Virus record (IMG/VR): IMGVR_UViG_3300033165_000009
Location: 1-36,712 of that record
From: a virus
Length of the DNA stretch: 36,712 bases
Reading direction: 5' to 3' (one strand)
Shown here in pieces: positions 27,762 to 35,837 of the stretch. How positions within the stretch are numbered: the first letter of the stretch is position 1; each line of letters opens with the position of its first letter. Under the pieces are notes generated by a model. It made no database searches, had not been told where the DNA came from, and saw only the letters and a program-made list of their open reading frames with translations. The position numbers and the translations under genes were made by a program.

Positions 27762-27923
27762 ATGGGAGTTTGGAATCATTTACGAAGGGAAGCTGAACGG
27801 CAGAAACGCCAGGAAAGGGCTTGTCAAAAGGTAGAGAAATTAGGGGAACTGATAATGCAGGAAGCCCGTGAAATCGGGGACCTGCACCGACAACAAAAAA
27901 CAATAGCAGCAGAGGTGGAATGA
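27762..27923 (+). CDS. 53-aa coiled-coil microprotein
   Basis: MGVWNHLRREAERQKRQERACQ...; TAAATG and TGAATG junctions. Confidence 0.6.
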   Translation: MGVWNHLRREAERQKRQERACQKVEKLGELIMQEAREIGDLHRQQKTIAAEVE

Positions 27924-28124
27924 ATGAACATTGATAGTATGGATTATTTGGAAAACCATCACATGACAACCGAAGAATTAATCCATGACCTTTTTAAACG
28001 GATTAAAAAATTAGAAAGAAGGATTGAAACCTTAGAAAATAATCAAATCTCAGAATCTGATTTAGAATGCTATGCCGAGGGTTTAGGAATGTTAGAAGAG
28101 GCAGGGGGGGATTATTATGACTAA
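27924..28124 (+). CDS. Acidic coiled-coil microprotein
   Basis: 66 aa, GAGGTGG RBS. Confidence 0.65.
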   Translation: MNIDSMDYLENHHMTTEELIHDLFKRIKKLERRIETLENNQISESDLECYAEGLGMLEEAGGDYYD

Positions 28125-28278
28125 AAGAGACCTTTTCAAACAAAAACCACGCACCCCATGGTACATCCTTATACCTCCGTGGGTTTGGGTGACCTGTTTT
28201 GTTGGGGTAGTATTCCTTGGTTTATGTTTGTTTTGTCAATCAGATGTTAGGGCGTTGCATGAAATAGGGGTGATTTAA
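28117..28278 (+). CDS. 53-aa single-TM protein
   Basis: MTKRDLFKQKPRTPWYILIPPWVWVTCFVGVVFLGLCLFCQ...; overlaps upstream stop, abuts next ATG. Confidence 0.55.
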   Translation: MTKRDLFKQKPRTPWYILIPPWVWVTCFVGVVFLGLCLFCQSDVRALHEIGVI

Positions 28279-28416
28279 ATGAGAATAATAAAAATAAAAC
28301 TTGGAGAGGATTTGAAACAAGCAATAAAAGCATACATGGCGACCTTACCAGTGGATGACCCTGATTATAAGGCACACTGCGTAATGGATATAATTGCTTC
28401 CAATGAGGTGGAATGA
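28279..28416 (+). CDS. 45-aa hypothetical protein
   Basis: GGGGTGAT RBS, coupled on both sides. Confidence 0.6.
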   Translation: MRIIKIKLGEDLKQAIKAYMATLPVDDPDYKAHCVMDIIASNEVE

Positions 28417-28622
28417 TGGTTCTCAGTTGGGAGCGTGAGATAAGCCTCCAGGAAAGACAACACGAATGCAGGTGTAATGAGGTACGATGGCAACATGGAC
28501 TCAACCCAGTCACCGGAACCGAAGACTGCCAGAGTGAACCATGCCACCAATCATGTCCGTGGAGGAAAAACAACACCGCCACCACTAAGGAGATGGAACT
28601 AGCAGGGGGCATATCAGAATGA
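28413..28622 (+). CDS. Cys/His-rich microprotein
   Basis: HECRC...H...C...CH..CPW; GAGGTGG RBS. Confidence 0.55.
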   Translation: MMVLSWEREISLQERQHECRCNEVRWQHGLNPVTGTEDCQSEPCHQSCPWRKNNTATTKEMELAGGISE

Positions 28623-28879
28623 GTAACGCAATGAACGGGTTAATCAAACACTACCACGACTTATTCCATGCTAAGACTGGGATAACACTACCAGGCACTG
28701 CCATACTGTGCATCATGGAAGACGGGTGCCTTGGATTAACCTTCAAAACCATAGAAGACAAACTCTCATTCCAAGGAGCGTTAGAGTTACGGTCTATGAT
28801 GGGCTTTGTAGATGAAGACTTGAATGTAACCCGTAACCCTGGAAACCAACCATGTACTGGAGTACACTGGGGGCAATGA
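28619..28879 (+). CDS. Hypothetical protein
   Basis: 86 aa, ATGA overlaps. Confidence 0.6.
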   Translation: MSNAMNGLIKHYHDLFHAKTGITLPGTAILCIMEDGCLGLTFKTIEDKLSFQGALELRSMMGFVDEDLNVTRNPGNQPCTGVHWGQ

Positions 28880-29256
28880 GTATGGCTAAGCGTTGGACAA
28901 CCACAGAAGATGAACAACTCATCAAACTATACCCCGACCACACCTATGAAGAACTGGGCACCATCCTAAACCGAACAAGGAGCAGCATAGCCAAAAGGGT
29001 GACCGTCCTTGAATTAGCAACTAAAAAGAACTCATGGTCATCCGAAGATGTGAACCGGCTTAAAGAACTCCACGGGCAGGGTTTGACTCAGAAAGAAATA
29101 GCTGACGAGTTAGGGCATAATGTTCGTGGTGTTGCCTATCAATTACGAAAACAGGGATTGAGTAAAGTCACAGGGCACCGATATATCTTACAAAAAGCCA
29201 GTTTAGATAATGCTCATCATTTAACCAGAAATAAGCGAGTGGAGGGGGTTATTTGA
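28876..29256 (+). CDS. Tandem Myb/homeodomain-like HTH DNA-binding protein
   Basis: Two W(T/S)..E...L repeats each followed by HTH (TYEELGTILNRTRSSI; TQKEIADELGHNVRGV). Confidence 0.75.
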   Translation: MSMAKRWTTTEDEQLIKLYPDHTYEELGTILNRTRSSIAKRVTVLELATKKNSWSSEDVNRLKELHGQGLTQKEIADELGHNVRGVAYQLRKQGLSKVTGHRYILQKASLDNAHHLTRNKRVEGVI

Positions 29257-29432
29257 TGAAGAAACAACAATTAAACCCTCCAGAAATCAATAACAGCAAA
29301 ACCCAGAATAAAAGTCTAAAAAGGAGAGGTGTGCCGGGTGCGGTCTGTGACCACATCCGATTATGCCACCTTTTTAAGGAAGGCGACGAGGAATCAGAAC
29401 TTAGACGGTATGCAGTTAGGGGTTCAAGGTAA
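29256..29432 (+). CDS. Possible 58-aa hypothetical protein
   Basis: TGATG overlap with upstream gene and GGAGGGGGT RBS; no recognisable motif. Confidence 0.35.
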   Translation: MKKQQLNPPEINNSKTQNKSLKRRGVPGAVCDHIRLCHLFKEGDEESELRRYAVRGSR

Positions 29433-29493
29433 GACCAGTGAACTAAAAGCCTCCTCTGGAGAGAGTGGTTAAAAATATGATAATAAGGTTCAT

Positions 29494-29536
29494 TGGGGCT
29501 GTGAAGGTGTGGTTCGACTCCACACACCCCATTCCA
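29494..29536 (+). other. tRNA-like minihelix (T-arm plus acceptor-like stem, ending in CCA)
   Basis: TGTGG-TTCGACT-CCACA canonical T arm; TGGGG(C)TG pairs with CACCCCA; no convincing D or anticodon arm. Confidence 0.45.
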
Positions 29537-29565
29537 TTAAAAAAATAATTGGAGAGGTGATTGAA

Positions 29566-29736
29566 ATGTTAAAAAAACGGTACACCTGTTTCAACTGTGG
29601 TAAACGATTCCACCAGTCCACAACTAACGGATTAGTGGATGCACGTGAACAGGTTGAATGCCCAGAGTGCAGTGCATTGGTGGATTTAGCATCAGTTGAA
29701 GAGGTAGGGTTACCCAGACGGGTATGTACGGGGTGA
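29566..29736 (+). CDS. Zn-ribbon microprotein
   Basis: CFNC...CPEC; GAGGTGAT RBS. Confidence 0.7.
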   Translation: MLKKRYTCFNCGKRFHQSTTNGLVDAREQVECPECSALVDLASVEEVGLPRRVCTG

Positions 29737-29741
29737 AAAGC

Positions 29742-29882
29742 ATGTCTTATGAAGTATGTCAAATATGTGGGAAACCGGTCAGTGAAGACCAATATCCATA
29801 CTGTGAAAAATGCGAATTAGACCTCGTGGACCACATGATACGGGAATATAACGTTTTTAACCCCATAGTTTGCGGTTTTTAA
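29742..29882 (+). CDS. 46-aa Zn-finger microprotein
   Basis: MSYEVCQICGKPVSEDQYPYCEKC; GGGGTGA RBS. Confidence 0.65.
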   Translation: MSYEVCQICGKPVSEDQYPYCEKCELDLVDHMIREYNVFNPIVCGF

Positions 29883-29925
29883 CCAGATGAATAAGAATAG
29901 AGAGCTAAAAAGAGAAGGTGAAAAA

Positions 29926-30426
29926 ATGGCAGAACAAGCATTAGACGGCTACAAAAGCCAAAACGAAGCCCAAGAAGACAACAAATTTGAAGAAGTGAAC
30001 TTTGAAGAAATCAGGGACAAACTCGAACAAGATTTTAAGGACAGCGGAAGTAGTAAACCAATCCTCGAAACCAACACCAACGCAGTAGTGGATGAAGTGG
30101 TGCTGAAAAGAGCATTCAACCCCAAACAGGATAGTCAAGGTAAAGAGTTCTACGACACCATCCTAACAATTAAAACGATACTTAGTGATGGTAGGGAATC
30201 CTATGACAACTATGGGGGACTCCGTGAGTATGGTGATGGTTACTGGAATAGTAAAAAAAGTGCATTCGGAAAGTTACAGGCTTTGATGGTTGAAGAGTTT
30301 GGTATTAAAAACCGTCAAGAAATGATTAGAAAACTATCCAATGCCAAGGTTAAAATCAGAACTGAGAAAACCACGTTCAATGGGAACGAATACCAGAAAA
30401 ACATAATCAAAAGCTTTAGAGAATAA
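29926..30426 (+). CDS. Putative single-stranded DNA-binding (OB-fold-like) protein
   Basis: 166 aa, acidic N-terminus, beta-rich C-terminus ending FNGNEYQKNIIKSF, located just upstream of primase-helicase. Confidence 0.45.
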   Translation: MAEQALDGYKSQNEAQEDNKFEEVNFEEIRDKLEQDFKDSGSSKPILETNTNAVVDEVVLKRAFNPKQDSQGKEFYDTILTIKTILSDGRESYDNYGGLREYGDGYWNSKKSAFGKLQALMVEEFGIKNRQEMIRKLSNAKVKIRTEKTTFNGNEYQKNIIKSFRE

Positions 30427-30470
30427 AAGGGAGTGAGTGTAATGGATTTTAGCAGGTGCACTACCTCACA

Positions 30471-30492
30471 CCCCCTTTTCTTTTTTTATTTT
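30471..30492 (+). terminator. Pyrimidine/oligo-T terminator
   Basis: CCCCCTTTTCTTTTTTTATTTT. Confidence 0.55.
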
Positions 30493-30535
30493 CATCAAGT
30501 TATTAATTTAATGGGATAGGGGGGGATGATATAAT

Positions 30536-30673
30536 ATGAACTGGATAAAAAGGCTTAAAAATGACTTAAACAGATTCTTATTAACTAAAATGGATAACAA
30601 TGAGGTGGACGTTGAAGAACGTGAAATTATAATCCAAGCAGGGGATATAATAGAAAAATACAGGAGGAAATAA
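30536..30673 (+). CDS. 45-aa hypothetical protein
   Basis: GGGGGATGAT RBS; its 3' end carries the AGGAGG RBS of the primase gene. Confidence 0.55.
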   Translation: MNWIKRLKNDLNRFLLTKMDNNEVDVEEREIIIQAGDIIEKYRRK

Positions 30674-30675
30674 AC

Positions 30676-33321
30676 TTGAAAACTCAAACAGAAAAAACTC
30701 AAACAGAAAAACAAGCCTCCATTAAATTAATCCCCAAACAATTTTACAACTGCAATATCATCCCCCTAAAACCATTATCAAAAAAATACAATTTCAAATT
30801 AACCAATCCCTCTCCAAATAAACCAGAGGACTACAAATGGAAAAAATATCAAAGTGTTATGTATCCTCGTGGGTTGTTAAAAGGATATAAGGGAAACCTT
30901 GGAGTTATATTAGGAGATAGTTTAGGAGAAGGATTGTATTTAACTCAAGTGGATCTGGATGACCCTTCATTTTTACAATACTTTGAAGATGTTGAAACAT
31001 TGATTATCCAGTCTGGAAGAGGATTTCATGTTTACATATATTCAGAAAAACCGGTTGGTACTAAAAAAGATTATCCTATTGATAAAATAGAGATAAGGGG
31101 GCATGAAGGAAGTTACACTGTAATTCCCCCAAGCATACATCCTGAAACCAAAGAACCATACACTGTTTACCAGGATAAACCCATCCTAACTGTTGAAGAT
31201 GGGGTAATGTGGGTTAAACACCAACTGAAACCATTAAAATCTGATTTTAAGAAAGACAAGACATATAAATCCAACAGAAAATCTAATAATGTTAATTCAG
31301 ACCGTGAATTATCTGAATCCGATATTGACCACATTATAACTCTTTTAAAACCATTCTATCGGGAATCATACAGGAATGATATAATTTATTCATTGTCAGG
31401 GTTTATGAAAAAAGAGGGGATCAAAGAATCATCAGCACAATTATTAATAGAACGATTAAGCCATGATGATGAAGACGGGATGTCTGCAAGAATCCAAGTC
31501 CTCCACCGCACATACAACAACACCCTCCCAGACACTGAGTTAAAAGGGGCAAGTGGCCTATATGAAACCATTGAAAAACAAGCAGATCAAGATATGTTCA
31601 AAACCATACAACGAGAAATCAATGACATCATAGAAAAACCAATCCACTATGGAATGCTAACAGCCAGAATCGGAACAAACGAACTATTCGTAGCAAACCA
31701 AGACAAAAAAAGCATAATCCACGTAAAAGAAAAATACACTGGGGATAAGGTAATAGCAACAGAGAAAACGGTGATAGAAGCTTACCCCTCCGAAGTGATA
31801 ATCTTTGACAGCCCATTAGAAGACGAACCCCGTAAATTTGAGATACTATGGCAAACCCATAACAGCCCACGACCAATCAAAACAGGCCCCGACTTATTAG
31901 ATGACATTAAAAACGATTTAATCGAATCAGGGCATGTAATCAACAACCGTATGGTAAATGACTGTTTACCTGCTATTATGAATAAAATGATCCGGGAACA
32001 ATATGCTGAGATAAAAACAGATATTGAAACTCCAGGATTCTTTTACACTCCAGAAACCAACAAAATCATCACAGTGAAATATGAAACCTTCGAGCCCCCA
32101 AACGATGAACTTCAACAAGCACTTAAAGTATTAGATGACTTACGACACTCATTCGAGGGCCATGAAACAAAGATAGCTACTATTTTTAAATGGGGACTTA
32201 TCAGCCCATTCATTTACAGTATGAAACAACTAGGAACATGGGCTCCTTGGCTTTATTTGTATGGGAAGGCTAAAAGTGGGAAATCCACACTAGGCCAAAT
32301 GGTCCTATATTTATGGGATGAACCCACCCCTGACACTGACTTAACAGGGGGGATGTTTGACACCGTTGCAAGAGTAGGTAATAGAATCAGTCAATCCACA
32401 TTCCCAGTAGTAGTCAATGAACCTGCAGGAGCATTTAGCCGGGTAAGCGTAACTGAAATGATAAAAGGAGCAATAGAAAGACCAACAGGCCGGGGAAGAT
32501 ATGAAGGCCGAAGGTTCAGAAACATACCCGCTTATGCTCCAGTCATTTTCACCGCAAACCTATTTGTACCTGATGACGATGCACTGGTTAGAAGGTTTAT
32601 CATTCTCAATTTCACCCACAGTGAAATGAAAACTCAAAAAGAAGTAGATGCGTTTGAGGATGAATGGCAGACTAAAAACCATAAACGGTGCAAATTCAAC
32701 CTCTTAAAACCCATCAGCCAATTTGTGATTAAAGAGTTCATGGAAAACCCTGATTTGTTACAAATGGAATGGAAGGAACTTTGTGATACTCTGGTTACAA
32801 GGGTGTATTATGAGGCAGGGGTTCGTCCTGATAATTGGATCTATGGTTGGAGCCGGTCTGAGAGTATGGAGGATATGGATGAGGAACACCGTGAAGAGGT
32901 GCGAATATTCCTCTTGGAATGTATTAACAAGGCTTATGGTCGGGTGCAAGTAATTGATGAAGTGGATGGGAAGCCCAAAGACTTGGATAATTACACATCT
33001 AAACTCAAAGAAAGTAAGAATTTCAAAGAAAAGGTGTGGAGTGTGCTGAATGAACGATTAATACCTTGGATGATACCGATAGAATCAAAGAACAATCAAT
33101 ATGTCTGTTTAACAACCGGGTTTAAAAAAGAAGTACATAAGGAATTGAAGGTATGTCAACCGTTGAAAGGGATTGCTGAATTAATGGGGTGGAAATACCA
33201 GGCTGTTAGGTTTGATAAACCAACCAAGGTTATTAAGATACCTTTAAAAAATTTTATTAACTTTTTGTATCAAACCGAAACAGATGAACAAAAAGGGTTA
33301 GAGGATGAGGTTGTAACTTGA
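30676..33321 (+). CDS. Bifunctional primase-polymerase fused to a C-terminal helicase/ATPase (replication protein)
   Basis: Prim-pol motifs VDLDD, SGRGFHVY, IEIRG...YTVIPPSIHP; Walker A LYGKAKSGKST, Walker B VVVNE, motif FTAN, RRF arginine finger. Confidence 0.9.
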   Translation: MKTQTEKTQTEKQASIKLIPKQFYNCNIIPLKPLSKKYNFKLTNPSPNKPEDYKWKKYQSVMYPRGLLKGYKGNLGVILGDSLGEGLYLTQVDLDDPSFLQYFEDVETLIIQSGRGFHVYIYSEKPVGTKKDYPIDKIEIRGHEGSYTVIPPSIHPETKEPYTVYQDKPILTVEDGVMWVKHQLKPLKSDFKKDKTYKSNRKSNNVNSDRELSESDIDHIITLLKPFYRESYRNDIIYSLSGFMKKEGIKESSAQLLIERLSHDDEDGMSARIQVLHRTYNNTLPDTELKGASGLYETIEKQADQDMFKTIQREINDIIEKPIHYGMLTARIGTNELFVANQDKKSIIHVKEKYTGDKVIATEKTVIEAYPSEVIIFDSPLEDEPRKFEILWQTHNSPRPIKTGPDLLDDIKNDLIESGHVINNRMVNDCLPAIMNKMIREQYAEIKTDIETPGFFYTPETNKIITVKYETFEPPNDELQQALKVLDDLRHSFEGHETKIATIFKWGLISPFIYSMKQLGTWAPWLYLYGKAKSGKSTLGQMVLYLWDEPTPDTDLTGGMFDTVARVGNRISQSTFPVVVNEPAGAFSRVSVTEMIKGAIERPTGRGRYEGRRFRNIPAYAPVIFTANLFVPDDDALVRRFIILNFTHSEMKTQKEVDAFEDEWQTKNHKRCKFNLLKPISQFVIKEFMENPDLLQMEWKELCDTLVTRVYYEAGVRPDNWIYGWSRSESMEDMDEEHREEVRIFLLECINKAYGRVQVIDEVDGKPKDLDNYTSKLKESKNFKEKVWSVLNERLIPWMIPIESKNNQYVCLTTGFKKEVHKELKVCQPLKGIAELMGWKYQAVRFDKPTKVIKIPLKNFINFLYQTETDEQKGLEDEVVT

Positions 33322-33570
33322 GTTGTAACTTTTTGTAACCTGATCCGACAGGTTACAAACTAGGAGTTTTGAGGGTGTTAAAAAATGTTTAAGGAGTGGA
33401 TTATTGTGTTTGTGATTTGTAACTTGGGTGGGGAGAGAGGGGGGGGTATAAAAAAAAGAGAGTGTTATCCCCAGGTTACAAAGTTACAAAGTTACAAATT
33501 GGTTACGTTTTTAGCCAAGTTACAAAGTTACAAAGTTACAATATTAAAAATATTTGATTATTTAATAAAA
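33311..33570. repeat. Iteron cluster, putative replication origin
   Basis: TTGTAAC at 33311, 33323, 33333, 33417; GTTACAA at 33352, 33475, 33483, 33491, 33519, 33527, 33535; central G-run and A-run; AT-rich tract 33541-33570. Confidence 0.8.
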
Positions 33571-33586
33571 TAGGAGGGTGATGTGT

Positions 33587-33952
33587 ATGGATGGTGATGT
33601 TATGGATAGGTTGTGGAAGTGGGCTGGGAACACTCGGCGGGATCATAAGCGTAGGGGCTTCCGGGTACGGATACACCGGGCGGAGATATATGATATGGCT
33701 GTGGAGGCTATGAAGACGGGGTGTTACTTCTGCCAGTGCAAACTAGTCCCCACAAAGTCGGGGAATAGTCAATGTACTTTGCCTAATCAGGTTAGTTTGG
33801 ATGTGGTGAACCCTAAGCACCGTGTCCTGGAGCCGGGTAATTGTCGGGTTATCTGCTGCTCCTGCAATAATGGTCGTATGGCGATGTCGGAGGCTGATTA
33901 TGTGGCTAAGTGTTTACGGGTTGTTGAGAATATGGTAGGGGTGAAAAGATGA
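33587..33952 (+). CDS. HNH-like (His-Me finger) Zn-binding nuclease-family protein
   Basis: CYFC...SLDVVNP...GNCRVICCSCNNG; GGAGGGTGAT RBS. Confidence 0.6.
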   Translation: MDGDVMDRLWKWAGNTRRDHKRRGFRVRIHRAEIYDMAVEAMKTGCYFCQCKLVPTKSGNSQCTLPNQVSLDVVNPKHRVLEPGNCRVICCSCNNGRMAMSEADYVAKCLRVVENMVGVKR

Positions 33953-34218
33953 AAATGTGTAAGATACATGATGAATTAGAATGTATAAGTTGTGAATACT
34001 GTAAAAACAAGCCCAACGATATTGATTTAAAAGAATACCTTCTAAGGCTCATTGATAATGACATTGAGGAAATTAAGGGGCCAATATATTTATTCAGTCG
34101 ATTAACTCATTACACAAAAGAACAGGAAAAACAATGTTATAAGGCTATTTTTGAGCTTAAAATGGCTGAAAGACTTAAAGAAGATGTTATTGATTTATTT
34201 GAAAGGGTGAAACCATGA
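33949..34218 (+). CDS. Hypothetical protein with N-terminal Cys/His cluster
   Basis: CKIH...CISCEYC; ATGA overlaps. Confidence 0.65.
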   Translation: MKMCKIHDELECISCEYCKNKPNDIDLKEYLLRLIDNDIEEIKGPIYLFSRLTHYTKEQEKQCYKAIFELKMAERLKEDVIDLFERVKP

Positions 34219-34388
34219 TTGAACTAAACCAAAGCAAAGGTGTGATTGATTTCATCCTACAACGGGATGAAATAGTAAAGGTCAGGGGGAATACTTACCT
34301 ACATTGCAGTTTTGAGGATTTGATGAGTGTGGATGGGATAGGAGAACGCAAAGCAAACAGCATTAAAGAATACTACTTCGAGAGGTGA
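34215..34388 (+). CDS. 57-aa mini protein ending in a helix-hairpin-helix motif nearly identical to the XPF nuclease C-terminus
   Basis: MIELNQSKGVIDFILQRDEIVKVRGNTYLHCSFEDLMSVDGIGERKANSIKEYYFER; GGGTGA RBS; not in ORF track. Confidence 0.65.
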   Translation: MIELNQSKGVIDFILQRDEIVKVRGNTYLHCSFEDLMSVDGIGERKANSIKEYYFER

Positions 34389-34389
34389 T
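34312..34389 (+). repeat. 78-bp direct repeat, copy 1
   Basis: 72/78 identical to 36395-36472; first 46 bp identical. Confidence 0.95.
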
Positions 34390-34393
34390 ACGG

Positions 34394-34624
34394 ATGCAAG
34401 ATTGTGATCAGTTTGAGATGTTTTACCAAGATGTTGCTAAAAGTTATTCAAGGTACAACACTGTTTTAATCAGATCTGATTTTTATAAAACCGTTGAAAC
34501 GGGGATGAGGGGGATTGAAAAATATTGGGACGGTAAAGAAGTATTTGGGCTTGAAGTATTAGAAGTAGATCAATTCAAATTCCCAGACTACATGTTTATT
34601 AATTTAAAAGAGGGGATTAAATGA
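34394..34624 (+). CDS. Hypothetical protein
   Basis: ATG after GAGGTGAT RBS supplied by the repeat end. Confidence 0.6.
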   Translation: MQDCDQFEMFYQDVAKSYSRYNTVLIRSDFYKTVETGMRGIEKYWDGKEVFGLEVLEVDQFKFPDYMFINLKEGIK

Positions 34625-34776
34625 ATAACTGCCCTATCTGCCAAACACCCGTACACGTACTCCCCAGCGCTGATAATCGGGGATTCAAATATGACCATAA
34701 AACTAAGGAAATATATCATTTGTCGTGTTGGACACTACAACAAACCACGACTGAGGGGGTGAAAGCCGATGTATGA
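34621..34776 (+). CDS. 51-aa Zn-finger microprotein (CxxC...HxxC)
   Basis: MNNCPICQ...YHLSCW; ATGA overlap. Confidence 0.6.
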   Translation: MNNCPICQTPVHVLPSADNRGFKYDHKTKEIYHLSCWTLQQTTTEGVKADV

Positions 34777-34927
34777 TCATTGCTCATATTGTGGGCAATA
34801 CCAGGAACTCATAACCGATGATCCAATAACAGTGGCTGATGATGATTGTTTTGAGATGATTGTAGTGGGCTTATGCGTACGATGTAAAAAGCTATTCCAA
34901 AGAACAATATTCAAGGTGGAAATATGA
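34769..34927 (+). CDS. 52-aa Zn-finger microprotein
   Basis: CSYC...CVRC; GGGGGTGA RBS. Confidence 0.6.
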   Translation: MYDHCSYCGQYQELITDDPITVADDDCFEMIVVGLCVRCKKLFQRTIFKVEI

Positions 34928-34939
34928 GGGGAAAAGTAT

Positions 34940-35060
34940 GTATATAAGTTCACACAATATATTAACTAGGGAGGAGTGTTCTTTGACTCCGCTCTTCCCT
35001 AACTCCAATCATGGGGTGCAATCAGAGTCAAAGGGAGTTAAATTTAAGGAGTCAGGTAGT
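34940..35060 (+). promoter_or_regulatory. Promoter and structured leader of the homing endonuclease gene
   Basis: GTATATAAG box at 34940; pairings 34967-34977/34991-35001, 34981-34989/35025-35033, 35000-35006/35034-35040, 34984-34990/35048-35054 (RBS). Confidence 0.5.
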
Positions 35061-35837
35061 ATGGTATATGGATATATCTACAAAATAGTGAACACCCTAA
35101 ATGGTAAAGTGTATATTGGTCAAACAACCCAAGACCCATATAAACGCAAATCAAACCATTTATGTGAATTAAAAAATAATAAGCATAACAATTCACACTT
35201 GCAAAATGCTTTTAATAAGTATGGCAAATCTAATTTTAAATTCACTGTTCTAAAATACGCTACTTCTAAAAGGGTTCTTGATAAATTAGAAGAGGATTAT
35301 ATTAATTCCTATGATTGTTTGAATGATAAAAATGGATATAACATTCGAAGAGGGGGAGCTAATGGGAAACATTCAGAAGAAACATGTAAGAAAATTAGCA
35401 AAGCCCGAAAAGGTAAAAAGGCATCCCTAAAAGCTCGTAAGAACATGAGCAAGGCCCATTCTGGTAAAAATAACCATATGTATGGGAAAAGGGGACCACT
35501 GGCTCCAATTTATGGCAAAAAATTAAGTGAAGCCGCTCGTAATAAAATTAGCAAAGCCAAAAAAGGTAAAAAACGTCCCAATCTTTCTGGTGAAAAACAT
35601 CCGTATTATGGTAAAAAACGTCCCATCGACATCATCAAAAAGATGAGTATAACTCGACGAGGAGAGGGGTTATTTGGTTTTACTGGTGCTCACTTTAGGA
35701 AGGATCTTAATCCCGAAAACATACCATGGCGATCTCATATTCACTATAATGGCCGTAATAAACATTTGGGGTATTTCAATGATCCATTAAGTGCTGAGAT
35801 AGTTCATGATTTAGTTATGGGGGCATTATATGAGTAA
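35061..35837 (+). CDS. Free-standing GIY-YIG homing endonuclease with NUMOD3 repeats and C-terminal AP2-like domain
   Basis: GYIYKIVN...VYIGQT; HSEETCKKISKARKG and LSEAARNKISKAKKG; FTGAHF...WRSHIHYNGRNKHLGYF; ATG 35061 after AAGGAG. Confidence 0.85.
   Translation: MVYGYIYKIVNTLNGKVYIGQTTQDPYKRKSNHLCELKNNKHNNSHLQNAFNKYGKSNFKFTVLKYATSKRVLDKLEEDYINSYDCLNDKNGYNIRRGGANGKHSEETCKKISKARKGKKASLKARKNMSKAHSGKNNHMYGKRGPLAPIYGKKLSEAARNKISKAKKGKKRPNLSGEKHPYYGKKRPIDIIKKMSITRRGEGLFGFTGAHFRKDLNPENIPWRSHIHYNGRNKHLGYFNDPLSAEIVHDLVMGALYE

Noticed and set aside
29419-29536. Complete tRNA gene
   Set aside because: No credible acceptor 5' strand at canonical distance, D stem or 7-nt anticodon loop; only the minihelix is supported
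30350-30361. GTTAAAATCAGA, resembling the start of a Methanobacteriales CRISPR repeat
   Set aside because: Lies in frame within the SSB-like CDS (KVKIR) and is isolated
2181-33321. Inteins or introns in terminase, capsid or primase-helicase genes
   Set aside because: No intein N/C-terminal (C...HN) blocks or size anomalies seen
33385-33573. 62-aa ORF over the iteron region
   Set aside because: Its repetitive VTKLQSYK sequence simply translates the 8-bp iterons; more parsimoniously non-coding origin
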